Of a stretch of DNA of 64,000 nucleotides, positions 10,895 to 21,822 are shown in pieces (position 1 is the first letter of the stretch; each line of letters starts with the position of its first letter). The position numbers and the translations under genes were made by a program. The notes beneath the pieces are model-generated. The model was not told where the DNA came from. It was given only the letters and a program-made list of their open reading frames with translations, and ran no database searches. Origin of the DNA: an uncultured Planctomycetota bacterium (GTDB lineage: Bacteria > Planctomycetota > Planctomycetia > Pirellulales > Lacipirellulaceae); contig CAVRBU010000001.1 of NCBI GenBank assembly GCA_963719315.1, positions 480,001-544,000 of the forward strand, given 5' to 3'.

Positions 10895-11719
10895 ATGGCA
10901 GCGAATTACTGGCGCGGTAAGCGGGCTGTGGTGACGGGCGGTTCTGCCGGTTTGGGCCGCGCGGTTGCGACGACGTTAGTCGAACGCGGTGCGAAGGTAG
11001 CGATCGTCGCCCGCGGGCAGGCAGCGCTCGATGAAACCGAACTTCAATTGAAGTCGCTCGGTGGCGATGTGCTGGCAGTGGTAGCCGATTTGACGAAACA
11101 GGAGGACGTCGACCGACTGGCCGCCGCCGTTCAGCACGCCTGGGGCGGTCTGGATTTGCTGTGTCATTGTGCGGGCCGCTCGATGCGCGGCACGATTCTC
11201 GGCACTTCCACCGAGGATTTCCGCGCACTCTGGGAGACGAACTTTCTCTCGGCTGTGCGCTGTGTACAAGCGTTCGCTGAATCGCTCGCTGAAAACCAGG
11301 GCCATGTGGTGCTCATCGGTTCGCTGGCAAGCAAGGTCGCCGCCGGATACCTGGGCGCATATCCCGCGAGCAAGTTTCCGCTGGCAGCACTGGCGCAACA
11401 GCTGCGAATCGAAATGGGAGAACGCGGCCTGCATACGCTTCTGGTTTGCCCCGGTCCCATCACGCGCGACGATACGCCGACTTCCGGCGCAAGGTACGCC
11501 GACCAAAGCTCCGAAGTTCCAGCCGCGGCACACCAACCGGGCGGCGGCGCCAAGGTGCGGCACATCGATCCCTACCAACTGGCGGAAAGAATCCTGCGTG
11601 CCTGCGAAAAACGCCAGGCCGAGCTCGTCGTCCCCTGGTCGCCCCGATTCTTGTTCGTGGCGGCGCAATTCTCGCCGCGCTTCGGCGATTGGCTGCTACG
11701 AAGAACGACGTTGGGGTGA
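10895..11719 (+). CDS. short-chain dehydrogenase/reductase
   Basis: TGGSAGLG and YPASK motifs. Confidence 0.9.
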   Translation: MAANYWRGKRAVVTGGSAGLGRAVATTLVERGAKVAIVARGQAALDETELQLKSLGGDVLAVVADLTKQEDVDRLAAAVQHAWGGLDLLCHCAGRSMRGTILGTSTEDFRALWETNFLSAVRCVQAFAESLAENQGHVVLIGSLASKVAAGYLGAYPASKFPLAALAQQLRIEMGERGLHTLLVCPGPITRDDTPTSGARYADQSSEVPAAAHQPGGGAKVRHIDPYQLAERILRACEKRQAELVVPWSPRFLFVAAQFSPRFGDWLLRRTTLG

Positions 11720-11730
11720 TGGGTGAGCAC

Positions 11731-11776
11731 AAAAAAAGGACCCGGTTGGCGCTGCGAGTGCACCCAACCGGGTCCT
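11731..11776 (-). terminator. intrinsic terminator on the minus strand
   Basis: AGGACCCGGTTGG...CCAACCGGGTCCT stem running into T7 on the minus strand. Confidence 0.8.
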
Positions 11777-12105
11777 GCGATTTGGGGAGGACGGCCGCGG
11801 CTCGGGTATGGCATCATCCGGCTCAAGCGACGGATGGCGGGAATCGCCACGCCCAGCGGCTACTAATGGTCCGGCGAGCCGAGCCGGACATACGTCTCTC
11901 CCAAGTTGCACCAGTACCTGCGACTCGGCGCTTGGCACCCGGCAAACTTATGTGCCGGGCGCCCGTCGCGGCACCCATTCTCCCTGGTTATGTGAAACGT
12001 GCAGTATCCCGTGTTGGGCTAGGTCGCCTACTGCGGCGACAGTTTGCTTAGATTCACAAGCGGATTAGTTTTCGACGGAGCGACCTGCGGTCGGCTGGCG
12101 TCGTG
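11731..12105 (-). ncRNA. candidate sigma54-dependent small RNA (~370 nt)
   Basis: bounded by a sigma54 motif and a terminator; many hairpins; no convincing ORF. Confidence 0.45.
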
Positions 12106-12115
12106 CGTGAGATAA

Positions 12116-12131
12116 TGCAGTTGGCGTGCCA
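12116..12131 (-). promoter_or_regulatory. sigma54 (-24/-12) promoter
   Basis: TGGCACGCCAACTGCA versus consensus TGGCACG-N4-TTGCW; correct spacing, one mismatch. Confidence 0.65.
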
Positions 12132-12296
12132 AACAGGAGCATCGCCCGAATGGGACCAACGGCGAGTATTCGACGGCGACCCGGAATTGTGTTAAAACCG
12201 CGGCGTTTCTGGCGAATACAACTTCGGCGCGACGGAATTGATTCCCTCTAGGCTGCGTTCAAAAAGGTCAATGGTGTTGTACGATTTTCAAAACCA

Positions 12297-13427
12297 TTGC
12301 TGTCATTGCAATCACGTGGTTTTGTTGTGGATACCTGCTCGCCGAGCGAATCGCCTCGCAATCGCTCTCGGCGCTACTTCCGTTGTGAAGGATCTTCGGC
12401 TCCGGTAGTATTTGCCGCCTCTTTCGACTGTATCAGCTCGGTCGTCCCTTTCAGCACGCTCGAGAATTCACTCTTGCGCTCAGGATTCGATTCCCTGCGT
12501 CGGCCATTCGGCGGCGCTGCGAAAGCAGCGGCTGCGCGCTGGCCTGTTTTCTTAACGCTCGTGGCAGCGACGAGTTTGTTGCCTGGCTGCGCCATGCTCC
12601 GCCGTCGTGGTCAGAACCCGGAAGGCGTGGCCGTTGCCCGCGAGCTTTCTCGGCAGGGCGTTGCCGCCATGGAGGCGGGCAATTGGCAGCAAGCCGAAGA
12701 ATTGCTCAACAAAGCGGTTATCGGCGCTCCCGGTGATGCCGCGACGCGCCGCTCGCTGGCCGAGGTCATGTGGCACCGAGAGGCCCGGCAAGACGCCCTC
12801 GCGCAGATTGAAGAGGCCGTGCAAAAGGATCCAGGCAACGCAAGCTTGCAAGTGCGAGCCGGCGAGATGTCGCTCGCCGCCGGCGCCCGCGAGGATGCAT
12901 TGGCTCACGCGGAACGAGCAATTCGCAACGATCCAAATCTCTCGGAGGCCTGGGCTTTACGAGGGCGTTGCTTCCAGAGAATGAACCAACCCGATCGCGC
13001 ACTGGCCGACTTGCAGCACGCGCTCGAGTTTTCGCCGAACAACGCGGATGTGCTACTCGATGTAGCTACGATTTACCGCGAGCGCGGTCAGGCGGAACGT
13101 AGTCTTACGACGCTCCATCACCTGCTGGACACGTACTCTCCCGGAATAGAGCCGCAGAACGTGCTCACGCTCGAAGGCCTGGCACTCCTGGATTTAGGCC
13201 GCCCGCAGCAGGCGTGCGAGCCGCTGGCCGCTGCGATGCATCGCGGGCCGCCCAGCCCCGACGGGCTCTACTACCTGGCTCAGGCATATTCGGCGGCCGG
13301 TCAAATGGAGCAGGCCATCACGACCGCCCAGCAGGCGTTGGCGCTCAACGCGACCCACGAGCCGAGCCGGCAGCTCCTCGCGCAATTGGCGGCTCGGACG
13401 AGCCCTGGCGATGTGCAACGACGCTGA
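12297..13427 (+). CDS. TPR-repeat lipoprotein (true start probably downstream, e.g. near 12474)
   Basis: lipobox-like LLPGC; tandem TPR helices. Confidence 0.8.
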   Translation: MLSLQSRGFVVDTCSPSESPRNRSRRYFRCEGSSAPVVFAASFDCISSVVPFSTLENSLLRSGFDSLRRPFGGAAKAAAARWPVFLTLVAATSLLPGCAMLRRRGQNPEGVAVARELSRQGVAAMEAGNWQQAEELLNKAVIGAPGDAATRRSLAEVMWHREARQDALAQIEEAVQKDPGNASLQVRAGEMSLAAGAREDALAHAERAIRNDPNLSEAWALRGRCFQRMNQPDRALADLQHALEFSPNNADVLLDVATIYRERGQAERSLTTLHHLLDTYSPGIEPQNVLTLEGLALLDLGRPQQACEPLAAAMHRGPPSPDGLYYLAQAYSAAGQMEQAITTAQQALALNATHEPSRQLLAQLAARTSPGDVQRR

Positions 13428-13582
13428 CGGCATTACCGCTACGATCGCGCAAGTCGGCCATTATACAGATTCCGCGCCGTCGATTTGCTTGCGCACGATC
13501 TGCAACGTATGTTTTTGCGGGCTATTCTCGAAATCGCCCCCTGCCACTGCATCCCACCCGGCATCGTTAGGAGACCCGCCAA

Positions 13583-13810
13583 ATGTCCGCGACCGCAACC
13601 GAATCCTTCGTCGACCGCCGAGGCCACGCATCGGCCGGAAGCGAACCGATGTTTGAGCGCCGCCAATTCGCCAACAGCTACGAAGAGCTGTCGCCGGACG
13701 CCGCCGACTTGGCCCGGGCAATCGACGGCTATAAGGTTCAGCACCGGCGGCGGTTCGTGACCTTCGAAGAAATGCTGGCGATTATCAAATCGCTGGGCTA
13801 TTCGAGGTAG
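13583..13810 (+). CDS. small hypothetical protein with DRR/ERR motifs
   Basis: AGGAGA upstream; C-terminus AIDGYK..RRF.TFEEML.IIKSLGY resembles a small planctomycete protein family. Confidence 0.7.
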   Translation: MSATATESFVDRRGHASAGSEPMFERRQFANSYEELSPDAADLARAIDGYKVQHRRRFVTFEEMLAIIKSLGYSR

Positions 13811-13865
13811 TCATTTGTTCGTTGTTGTGGATAGTTGCTTTCCGACAACTAACAAAAACCACGGC

Positions 13866-15659
13866 TCATTCTTCCCGCGTCGTAGCGCGCCCGGTAGCGA
13901 CATCGAACACGTCGATCGCCGGCACCAGCATTGCCCAGGTGGCGAACCCGTAAGTCGCAACGGATAGCAGAAAGACCGCGGCGAAGTTGCCTACAAGGTA
14001 GCTTGTTATCGCGATAATTGTGGCAAATGGCGCTGCACCTGCCACGATCGTGAGCGCCGTCGATCGCACGCGCCAATTCAAGGCGACGTACAGCCCGACG
14101 CTTCCGCCCAAGATGAAACCCAGAAACGTCGAGAACTGGTTTTCAAAGGAGTTACTGAAGGCGAGCATGATCCGCATGCAGGTCGCCACGCCGAGAAACA
14201 GGAATAGAATCGTGCCGATGCTCGTGGCGATCGCCGTCCGCGAGTTAGCGTAGTTGATGCCCATATGGATGCCGAGCATGGCGGCAAATGCGTTCATGAC
14301 CGCGATCCCGCTCAGCAAGAATGCAAAGTTCTCGGTCGAAATGGCGTCGATGAACCACAGATACAAGCACAACGCCACGGGCAGCAGAATCATCTCTTTG
14401 GCGTTATAAAAAGCCCCGCCCAACTTGCCGAATACTATTTCCTTCGGCGAGAGATCGGTGACTAGCAGCAAGTCCAGCGCCCGGCCATCGCGCTCGTTGG
14501 TGAGCGACGTAACCGCGAGTGCATTGAGCAAAATCAGTCCCACGACCAGCAGCGTGACGAGTGGCTTGGCCGCGGCGGGAATTGCCCGGTCGGGCGCGGC
14601 GCCGGCTGAGTTTTGTGCCACGAGCGCCAAGGCGCAAATCAAGAACACGGCCCAATACGCAAGTCGAATAACGAGAATTCGCTTACCGTAGGCCCAAGTC
14701 CGAATCTCGCGCCACAGGATGGGGTTGTCCCACACTTGCCGGGTCCGGCCCCCGGCGCCGTGAATCGCCACAGCCGACTTCGTAACGGTCGCCGTCCCGC
14801 CGACAGCGGCCGACTCCTGCGGCGGCTCTTCCTCAACGCGCGGCAGTAGTTCCTGCCGTGGATTCCAAACCCGCACGCGCACGATCGCAACGATATTCAG
14901 TACCGCCGCAATCCCGACCGACGTGATTAAGAACATCGATACGGGATCCACGAACGTCCGTCCTGCATCCGAGCTTGGAAACACAGGTCGAGCAGCTTCC
15001 TGGACGGCCTGCCATGGGCTCATCGCCACGGCCCACGATGTGACCGGAAATCCGAACCACATCGCGTCCCCTGCACCGGCGGCCACAACCTCCCAAGCCA
15101 CGAGCCACAGCACCAGAATCAAGGCCGTCATTGCCAACGCCTGAAAAGTCTTCTCACGCCAAAGGGCAATGGTCGAACCCAAACTGCCCGCAAGAAAGGT
15201 GCTGGCCAATAGGACGGCCTCCGTCCGAAGGATCTGACTCGTTGAGACGCCGCCCAACAGAGTCACGATCAATAACAGCGGCAACGTGGACACCACGACC
15301 ACTATGACGGACAACATCCCGGCCAGCAGCTTGCCAAGCACCAAGTCTGAATTGGAAAGATTGGTTAGCAGCAGCAGATCCAACGTCTTGCGGTCCTTTT
15401 CCAGGGCAACAGCCGAGGCGACCAAAAGGGCTGAAAACGGCATGGCGACCGCCAACAGCAAGGGCGCGAGAATCTGAAACGCCGCGGCGCCGAACCACGC
15501 CAGATCGCCGACATTTTCAATCAGCTGCGACCCAATTAGAAGTTGCCACGCCGTCAGCGTCAGCGCGAACAGGGCCCCGGCCATCAGAGTTCGGGCCGCG
15601 AAAAAAGACACTCGCCTCGGGGCGACCGCCGCTTCGCGCGTAAACATGGGCCCGATCAC
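13866..15659 (-). CDS. ABC-2-type permease-like membrane protein with two repeated halves
   Basis: duplicated EKDRKTLDLLLLT..LGKL / ERDGRALDLLLVT..FGKL; many TM helices. Confidence 0.85.
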   Translation of the reverse strand: MIGPMFTREAAVAPRRVSFFAARTLMAGALFALTLTAWQLLIGSQLIENVGDLAWFGAAAFQILAPLLLAVAMPFSALLVASAVALEKDRKTLDLLLLTNLSNSDLVLGKLLAGMLSVIVVVVSTLPLLLIVTLLGGVSTSQILRTEAVLLASTFLAGSLGSTIALWREKTFQALAMTALILVLWLVAWEVVAAGAGDAMWFGFPVTSWAVAMSPWQAVQEAARPVFPSSDAGRTFVDPVSMFLITSVGIAAVLNIVAIVRVRVWNPRQELLPRVEEEPPQESAAVGGTATVTKSAVAIHGAGGRTRQVWDNPILWREIRTWAYGKRILVIRLAYWAVFLICALALVAQNSAGAAPDRAIPAAAKPLVTLLVVGLILLNALAVTSLTNERDGRALDLLLVTDLSPKEIVFGKLGGAFYNAKEMILLPVALCLYLWFIDAISTENFAFLLSGIAVMNAFAAMLGIHMGINYANSRTAIATSIGTILFLFLGVATCMRIMLAFSNSFENQFSTFLGFILGGSVGLYVALNWRVRSTALTIVAGAAPFATIIAITSYLVGNFAAVFLLSVATYGFATWAMLVPAIDVFDVATGRATTREE

Positions 15660-15893
15660 GTGCCGATCCCGCAGGCTAGTGGATGCGTAGAGAACTAATT
15701 AGAGCGTCTAAACAACTAGGCCGCGGACTGTCCCCTTCTCCGAGGCCGCAAAATTCCTGTCCTAGATTTGCCTTCAATGCCTGCCCGCCGGAGCAAAAAT
15801 CTCTACAATCAATCATAACCCAAGGGCGGGGTGGTCAGCCATCGCGTCACTTATCCTTCTAAGTCGTCTTTTTTTGCCACGTGAGGTTTTAAC

Positions 15894-17297
15894 ATGATCG
15901 AACAGTCTTGTCGTTTACCGGCTTCGAAGTTTCAAGCCGGATTCCGATTCCGAACCGCTTTGTTGTGCGTGGCATCCGCTGTGGCGATTTTCAGCAGTCG
16001 GGCTGCCCAGGCCCAGATTACGACCAAAATACTCATCGGCGATTCCATCTCGGATATCGGCAACCGCTTTGGCGATGTCGACGAAGCCATCAAACGATTC
16101 ATGAATCGCGACGTGCTGGCCGCCCGCCAGTTCCTCGAATCGGCGGAGAAGAAAGAACCGAAGTTGCCGCCAGTCGATCTGCTGCTGGCAAAAATGTACT
16201 TCCTCACGAACAACCCGACTGCCGGACGAGTTTCGCTGGAAAAGACGGCGATGGATAACCCCGAAGACCCGGAAGCTTATCTCATCCTGGCCGATCAAGC
16301 GATGCAGCAAGGGCGCATCATTGAAGCCGACGCCCTCTACGAGCGCGGCCTGGCCATGGTCTCGAAATTCACGGAAAACGCCAAGCGAAAGCGAAACTTG
16401 GAGATTCGCGCTCGCAGCGGGCGGGCGCTCGTCGATCAGCGCCGCAAGAACTGGGACGCTGCCGTCGCCGACCTTAAGGCGATTCTGGTGTTGGATCCGG
16501 AAAGCGCCGTTACGCACTATCGATTGGGCCAATCGCTCTTCATGCAGAAGCAATACCAGGATGGTTTCAACGAATTCACCGCGGCAAAAAAGTTAGACAC
16601 GGATAAGAATCTGCCCGATCCGAACGTAGCGGCCGCGTTGTTGTTCGAACAACTCAAGGAATCTTCAAAAGCGCAGCAGGCCTTCGATCGTGCCTTAGCC
16701 GCCAACAAAACCGACCCGACTGTGATCGCTAGTTACGCGCAGTGGTTAATTCGGTCCGGTACCCCGGAAGCTCTCACCAAAGCCGAAACGATGCTGGCCG
16801 AAGCTCGCAAGGCCAACCCGGGAAATCTCAACTTGCTGATCCTCAGCGGCGTTACCGCCCGAATGCTCAAGAAGATGAAACCGGCCGAAGATTACTTCGT
16901 CGAAGCGCACGGCATCGCGCCGGGCAATAGCGAAGTCATCAACCAATTAGCCTTGCTGCTGATCGAACAATCCGATCAGGCGAAACGCGACCGAGCGCTT
17001 CAATTCGCAAGTATTAGTGCGCAGCTTAACAATCAAAATGCGGATGCGCAAATCACGGCCGCCTGGGTACTGTATCAATTGGGCCGCACTGGCGATGCCG
17101 AAACCACGTTGAGAAATGGTCTCCAATTGGGCAATCTTAGTCCCGATAGCAGTTATTTAGTCGCAAAGATCCTGGTCGAGCAGAACCGGGCGGATTCGGC
17201 AAAGCCTATTCTCGTCCAGGCGCTGGACACCGATTACCCCGGCATATTCGTCTACCGCAAAGAGGCCCAGGCACTGCTTGATTCGTTGTCGAAGTAA
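15894..17297 (+). CDS. secreted TPR protein
   Basis: signal peptide ending AQA; TPR helices. Confidence 0.85.
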   Translation: MIEQSCRLPASKFQAGFRFRTALLCVASAVAIFSSRAAQAQITTKILIGDSISDIGNRFGDVDEAIKRFMNRDVLAARQFLESAEKKEPKLPPVDLLLAKMYFLTNNPTAGRVSLEKTAMDNPEDPEAYLILADQAMQQGRIIEADALYERGLAMVSKFTENAKRKRNLEIRARSGRALVDQRRKNWDAAVADLKAILVLDPESAVTHYRLGQSLFMQKQYQDGFNEFTAAKKLDTDKNLPDPNVAAALLFEQLKESSKAQQAFDRALAANKTDPTVIASYAQWLIRSGTPEALTKAETMLAEARKANPGNLNLLILSGVTARMLKKMKPAEDYFVEAHGIAPGNSEVINQLALLLIEQSDQAKRDRALQFASISAQLNNQNADAQITAAWVLYQLGRTGDAETTLRNGLQLGNLSPDSSYLVAKILVEQNRADSAKPILVQALDTDYPGIFVYRKEAQALLDSLSK

Positions 17298-17311
17298 CAA
17301 ACAGTGCGCGC

Positions 17312-17355
17312 AAAAAAAGGTCATGGCAAGCCGATCCGTCGCCTTGCCATGACCT
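17312..17355 (-). terminator. intrinsic terminator, possibly bidirectional
   Basis: AGGTCATGGCAAG...CTTGCCATGACCT with an adjacent A7/T7 run, between convergent genes. Confidence 0.75.
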
Positions 17356-17530
17356 CTATCCTGAAGCAAAACACGGTGTGCTTTGCCCTCCCGTTATGTT
17401 AGTAATATCGGCGCAATGAGCGCAGCCGCCATAAGACCAAACGGCCGTACATCGCAAATCGCCCGAATTTCGCCCCGTGCGACGCGAAAGTTTTCGGGCC
17501 TGCGCGATTGTAAAGGCAGCCAGCGCGGCG

Positions 17531-17938
17531 TTATGGCCTACGAGAAGGGGCTGGACCGCCGGGAGGCAACGCGAGGTTGCCGCCCAAATCCATTTCATTG
17601 GGCACGCGCCCCAGCCGTTCGAACTGTACGGGCTCGAATCCAGCAGCCGCATTGGCCGAATACGGCACAGAGCCATATTGGCCCCCGCCACCCGCCGGCT
17701 CGCTGCTTTCGCCAAAACCGCCCGAGCCACAGCTTCCGGGCGTCCGCGGAACGTAATACTGACTTAGCGGCTTGGCGAGATCGTTCGGTCCATACCAGGT
17801 TCGGGCCCACATGTAGCGCGTGTGCCCATCCAAGATGTAGCTGCACTGTCCCCACCAGGCGCAGCAATTAGAAGTCAAAATCGCAAAGGCCGCGAGCGGC
17901 ACAAAAACTCGGATGAATTTTGAAGGATTGAAACTCAT
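17531..17938 (-). CDS. small secreted hypothetical protein
   Basis: signal-like N-terminus; Tyr/Trp- and Gly-rich. Confidence 0.55.
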   Translation of the reverse strand: MSFNPSKFIRVFVPLAAFAILTSNCCAWWGQCSYILDGHTRYMWARTWYGPNDLAKPLSQYYVPRTPGSCGSGGFGESSEPAGGGGQYGSVPYSANAAAGFEPVQFERLGRVPNEMDLGGNLALPPGGPAPSRRP

Positions 17939-18146
17939 AGAGACCCTCCGTGGTTCAAAGTCGCGCGATAGCGCGGCGATATACAAGGATGCCCCACGCT
18001 AGAGCCCAAAGCAAATCCGACGGTGAACGTTTCGCCGCGATTTTTGCAGCGCCCCAAACTACGACCGATCTTCTTGGAAAATTTTTCGTAGTCGACGAAA
18101 GCTATGTGGTCGTCAGAGTTTGCCTCCGACCGGCTTTGCCCAGAAA

Positions 18147-18231
18147 GTAGGTCCCGATTGCCGAGCGGGACCTGAACCTGCTCTATATCATCGCGAATTC
18201 TCTCAGATCCTTCCCAGCAGTAGGAACTTAC
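18147..18231. repeat. GTAG-type REP doublet (same family as 35701-35783)
   Basis: GTAGGTCCCGATTGCCGAGCGGGACCT plus a degenerate inverted partner. Confidence 0.7.
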
Positions 18232-18284
18232 CAAGACTTTGTGGGCAAAGCTCGTCCGACCCACGAGATGGCGCGGCACACGAG

Positions 18285-20166
18285 TCAGGCCGCTTCCGGC
18301 GTGGCATTGCCCTGCGAATCGAGATTAAACAACGAAAAGATTTCCTCGCGCGATAGACAGGAGCTGGGCACCGCGATGTCGTCGTGGAACACCGCGTCGA
18401 ATAACGCCCGCTTTCGCTCCAGCACTTCGTGAATCCGTTGCTCAATCGTGTCGAGCGCCAGAAACCGCGTGATGGTGACCGACCGCTTCGCGCCGATCCG
18501 ATGCGCACGGTTGATCGCCTGATCCTCGACGGCTGGGTTCCACCAGCGGTCGTAGAGGAATACATAGCTGGCGAATTGCAAGTTAAGGCCAACACCACCG
18601 GCTCCGTACGACATCAAGATGGCGTGGCAATCGGGATCATCGCGAAACTTGCCGATCACGCCGTCTCGTCGACGGTTCGGCACTTTACCGTGATACTCGA
18701 CCGGATTAAACCGCGCAAGTCGCGAACTCAACTCGGTAATCGTTTCCACCCACTGGCTGAAAACGATCGCCTTGCGACCGCTGGCCGCGCATTCTTCCAA
18801 ATCGGCCTCGAGCCGCTCGTACTTGCTGCTTGCGCCAGTAACTGGGTCGAAATTGCAGATTTGCTTGAGCCGCAACACCAGTTCGAACACATGTTGAATC
18901 GTGAGCTCTTGTTTCATTTCGCGTAGACGCACGATCCCCTCGTCCTCGGCCAACCGATAGGACTCAACTTGCTCGGGCGACAGATACACGTCGGCGTCCC
19001 GAAACATCTTGGGCGGTAGATCGGTAAGGACCTGGTCCTTGGTGCGGCGAAGCACGTAGTCGGACACCGCGCGGCCGACGGCCCGCGGCTTCATCTTCGC
19101 GACGAGCTGGCCTGGAGCTACGAATTCGAAGATGCCGCGCAAATCTTCGACGCTGTTTTCAATCGGCGTTCCCGTAATCGCCCAACTGCGCGCGCGGGAT
19201 AGAGCGAACGATTTCATTCGTCGTGCTGGCGGAGTTCTTGATTCGCTGCGACTCGTCGAGCACGACCAGATCGTACTGGTTGTCCGGATGGCAAACCTCG
19301 TCTCGATCGCGAACGACCGTCTCATAATTCGCGAGCGTGACGACGTCTCCGTTTGCCCGCCAGAGCCATTGCCGGCGAGTCGGTCCCCCCTCAATCGAAC
19401 CAACGGTCAACTCCGGTGCCCATTGAGCGAATTCGCGCTGCCAATTCGTCACGAGCGGCTTGGGGCACACCAAGAGCACCCTCCGCAGTTGGCCTTGATG
19501 CACCAGCAGCCGAATCGCCGTGATAGCCTGCATCGTTTTGCCGAGTCCCATCTCGTCCGCCAGCACTGCCCGGTGGCGTGGATACAAAAAGGCCACGCCA
19601 TCTAGCTGAAAGCTGAACGGGGTGCAGGCAAATCGTAGGTCCGATGCCGTGAGCAACGACTCCAGCGGCGGCTGGAGCAAGAGCCGAAGTCGATCTTCCA
19701 GCTTGATCAAGTCGTGCGGAGGCCGAATTCTCGTGGCACCGCCGGCAGGCTGGGCGGCCGTTGGCATTGTTGAAGTCGATTCGACCACCAGTTGCATCAA
19801 TCCGCCGAGCGAGTTTTGTGCGACTTTTTCTGCCCGGGCTGGCACAATCTCTTTGCTCTGCACAAACATGCAGCCGATGGTCCGCACGCGCTGTGGCTCA
19901 AGTGGCGTAGAGATCACACCCGCCGGAGCTATGCTAAACGCCTCACTGCCAATACTTGTGCCAAACTCGAATTGCAGCGGCAGCTCAAAGTCTTCCGGGC
20001 CAGAGGGCAGAAAAGAATGGGACCGGTCGACGATGATCGCGCACGGTTTGAGTTCGTCTCGATCGATCGACCAAGACGGAGGCGGGTCGCTTCTACGTTC
20101 AGGCAGCCTGGTCATTTGCATTCGTGCAGCGTCCGCCGATCCGCTGCGCTTCGCGGATCGCTTCAT
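18285..20166 (-). CDS. SNF2-family helicase/ATPase; frameshift near 19195
   Basis: LADEMGLGKT, LDESQRIKN, TGTPIEN, GGVGLNL and WWNPAVEDQAINRAHRIG across two frames. Confidence 0.9.
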
Positions 20167-20662
20167 GAATGCGACCGAAGGGCTCCGCTAGGTCCACATG
20201 TCGCACGAGCTGCGCGACCAAGACGGCAACCGCTTCTCGATCGCTCTCGAACCCCATAGCGAACTGTAAATCGTAGCCACCGCAATTCACCGCGCGCGAT
20301 TGTCCGCAAACGGCGCCTAACGAAAGCTGCTCGTTCTTTGTCAGAATCAATGCGATTGGCACGATAGATTGAGATTGTGCATGCAATACGGCTTCGCAAT
20401 CCGTGAGGATCATCGAAGCCGACAGTTTTGCCGTGCTCAATAGTGCGCCGCAAATTTGCTCGCCAAACAAATACGGCTGCAGCGTGGGTCCATACAGGAT
20501 CTGTTGGGCGCGGCTCGGGCGAATCGGCGCAGTGCAGTGAAACTCCAACGGGCGGCCCAAACCGGAAACAATGAGGTAACCGCCAAAATAGCCGTATTCG
20601 GTCGATTCGACCGTCGACAAATAGCCGAAAGTCCTTTCCTGGATGATGTTTGCGTGCGGCAT
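20099..20662 (-). CDS. hypothetical protein upstream of the SNF2 gene
   Basis: GGYLIV..GRPLEFHCT and DLAEPFGRI motifs; operon-like position. Confidence 0.7.
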   Translation of the reverse strand: MPHANIIQERTFGYLSTVESTEYGYFGGYLIVSGLGRPLEFHCTAPIRPSRAQQILYGPTLQPYLFGEQICGALLSTAKLSASMILTDCEAVLHAQSQSIVPIALILTKNEQLSLGAVCGQSRAVNCGGYDLQFAMGFESDREAVAVLVAQLVRHVDLAEPFGRIHEAIREAQRIGGRCTNANDQAA

Positions 20663-21180
20663 GGCGAGTTGGAGGGGCGGGGATTTGCGTTAGACCGGGC
20701 AATTTGGGTAATAACTGCCGGCGGTCCACGGGGTGGTTCGCACAGAATCCATCGGGACCGCTTCGGAACCGACTTTAGAGCGAGACGGACGAACGTCCCC
20801 GATCGCGCCCTAAGTTGGTACGGGCGTGAGGCATTCGCATTTCGGGATTTCGACACGCCAGCGTCCCTCAGGAAAACCATCGCGGAATCCTGGAAACTGA
20901 TTTAAGTTTTCGTTAGACTAAGATTCAGACGGTGGAGAGAGGTTGCCGCTACGGATGGGAGAGTTCGTGGTCCGTAGACGCTGCCCGTATGATCTTTCGC
21001 CGCTGCGGTTGCTTCGGGCGGCCAAATGTACGACGCAGACCAGGATCATCGGATCGGGCTGTATCTGGGAGAGTAGTTTGAATTCTGGTTTGGGGTAGCG
21101 CCGCGACCGTTTGATTCCCGTATTCTTGCTTGCGGCAACATCGTTCGACGAATTGTCATCAACTCAGGACTCGATTGGTC

Positions 21181-21648
21181 ATGTCAAGCACTCGCCGTTC
21201 CGCAGCATCGCTCTTTTCACAGGTAGATGTTTCTACCGCCACTCACACGCATCCGGTGATGTCGTCTCGCGAGGAGCAGACTGAGTTGTTGAGAGAGGTT
21301 TTGGCGGCGCAGGACCGCACTAACGAATTACTGGAAGATCTCAGCGGCGTTTTGGCGGCTACGCAGAAGCAACGCGCGAGCGAATTGAGTCAATGGCGAA
21401 ATGCCCATCCAGCCCTGGCCAGCGCCTGCCGGGAGGCGGCCGAGGCCCTCACTCGCGTACAGATCGAGTATCTTGAACGCCTGACCGAAGAGATCAACGA
21501 TACCAGCGACGACATGATCGAGGGCGAATTCCTGCTCAATGAATTCGTCGATCGCTATGGACCTCGCCTCGCGCATTTGAACGGCGTGATTCAGGTCTTG
21601 GCCCAACTGAGCAGCGTGCCCAATCCTGCGAATTCGCAGTCCAACTAG
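21181..21648 (+). CDS. helical hypothetical protein
   Basis: coherent acidic/helical ORF. Confidence 0.7.
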   Translation: MSSTRRSAASLFSQVDVSTATHTHPVMSSREEQTELLREVLAAQDRTNELLEDLSGVLAATQKQRASELSQWRNAHPALASACREAAEALTRVQIEYLERLTEEINDTSDDMIEGEFLLNEFVDRYGPRLAHLNGVIQVLAQLSSVPNPANSQSN

Positions 21649-21822
21649 TTGCTCGCCGCTTAGCGGATCTCCAGCAGCGATGCCCCCGCCATCCGCGGGC
21701 CATTTTACTGCGCATTCGCCAGCCCTAAGGCTGACGCTCTACGTCGCGCCTACCAGCCCGCCGGCACTCGTGATAAGCTAAACTCGCACGATCGATGCCG
21801 CCAACCAACCCCCGCCTACGTC

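Noticed and set aside
11446..12068. Short ORFs across the candidate sRNA region
   Set aside because: They lack recognisable motifs; the minus-strand ones run through the terminator or overlap the SDR.
17356..17410. Possible c-di-GMP riboswitch or GGA-rich sRNA before the terminator
   Set aside because: There is only one hairpin (GGCAAAGCAC..GTGTTTTGCT); it lacks the GEMM two-stem layout and no clear promoter was seen.
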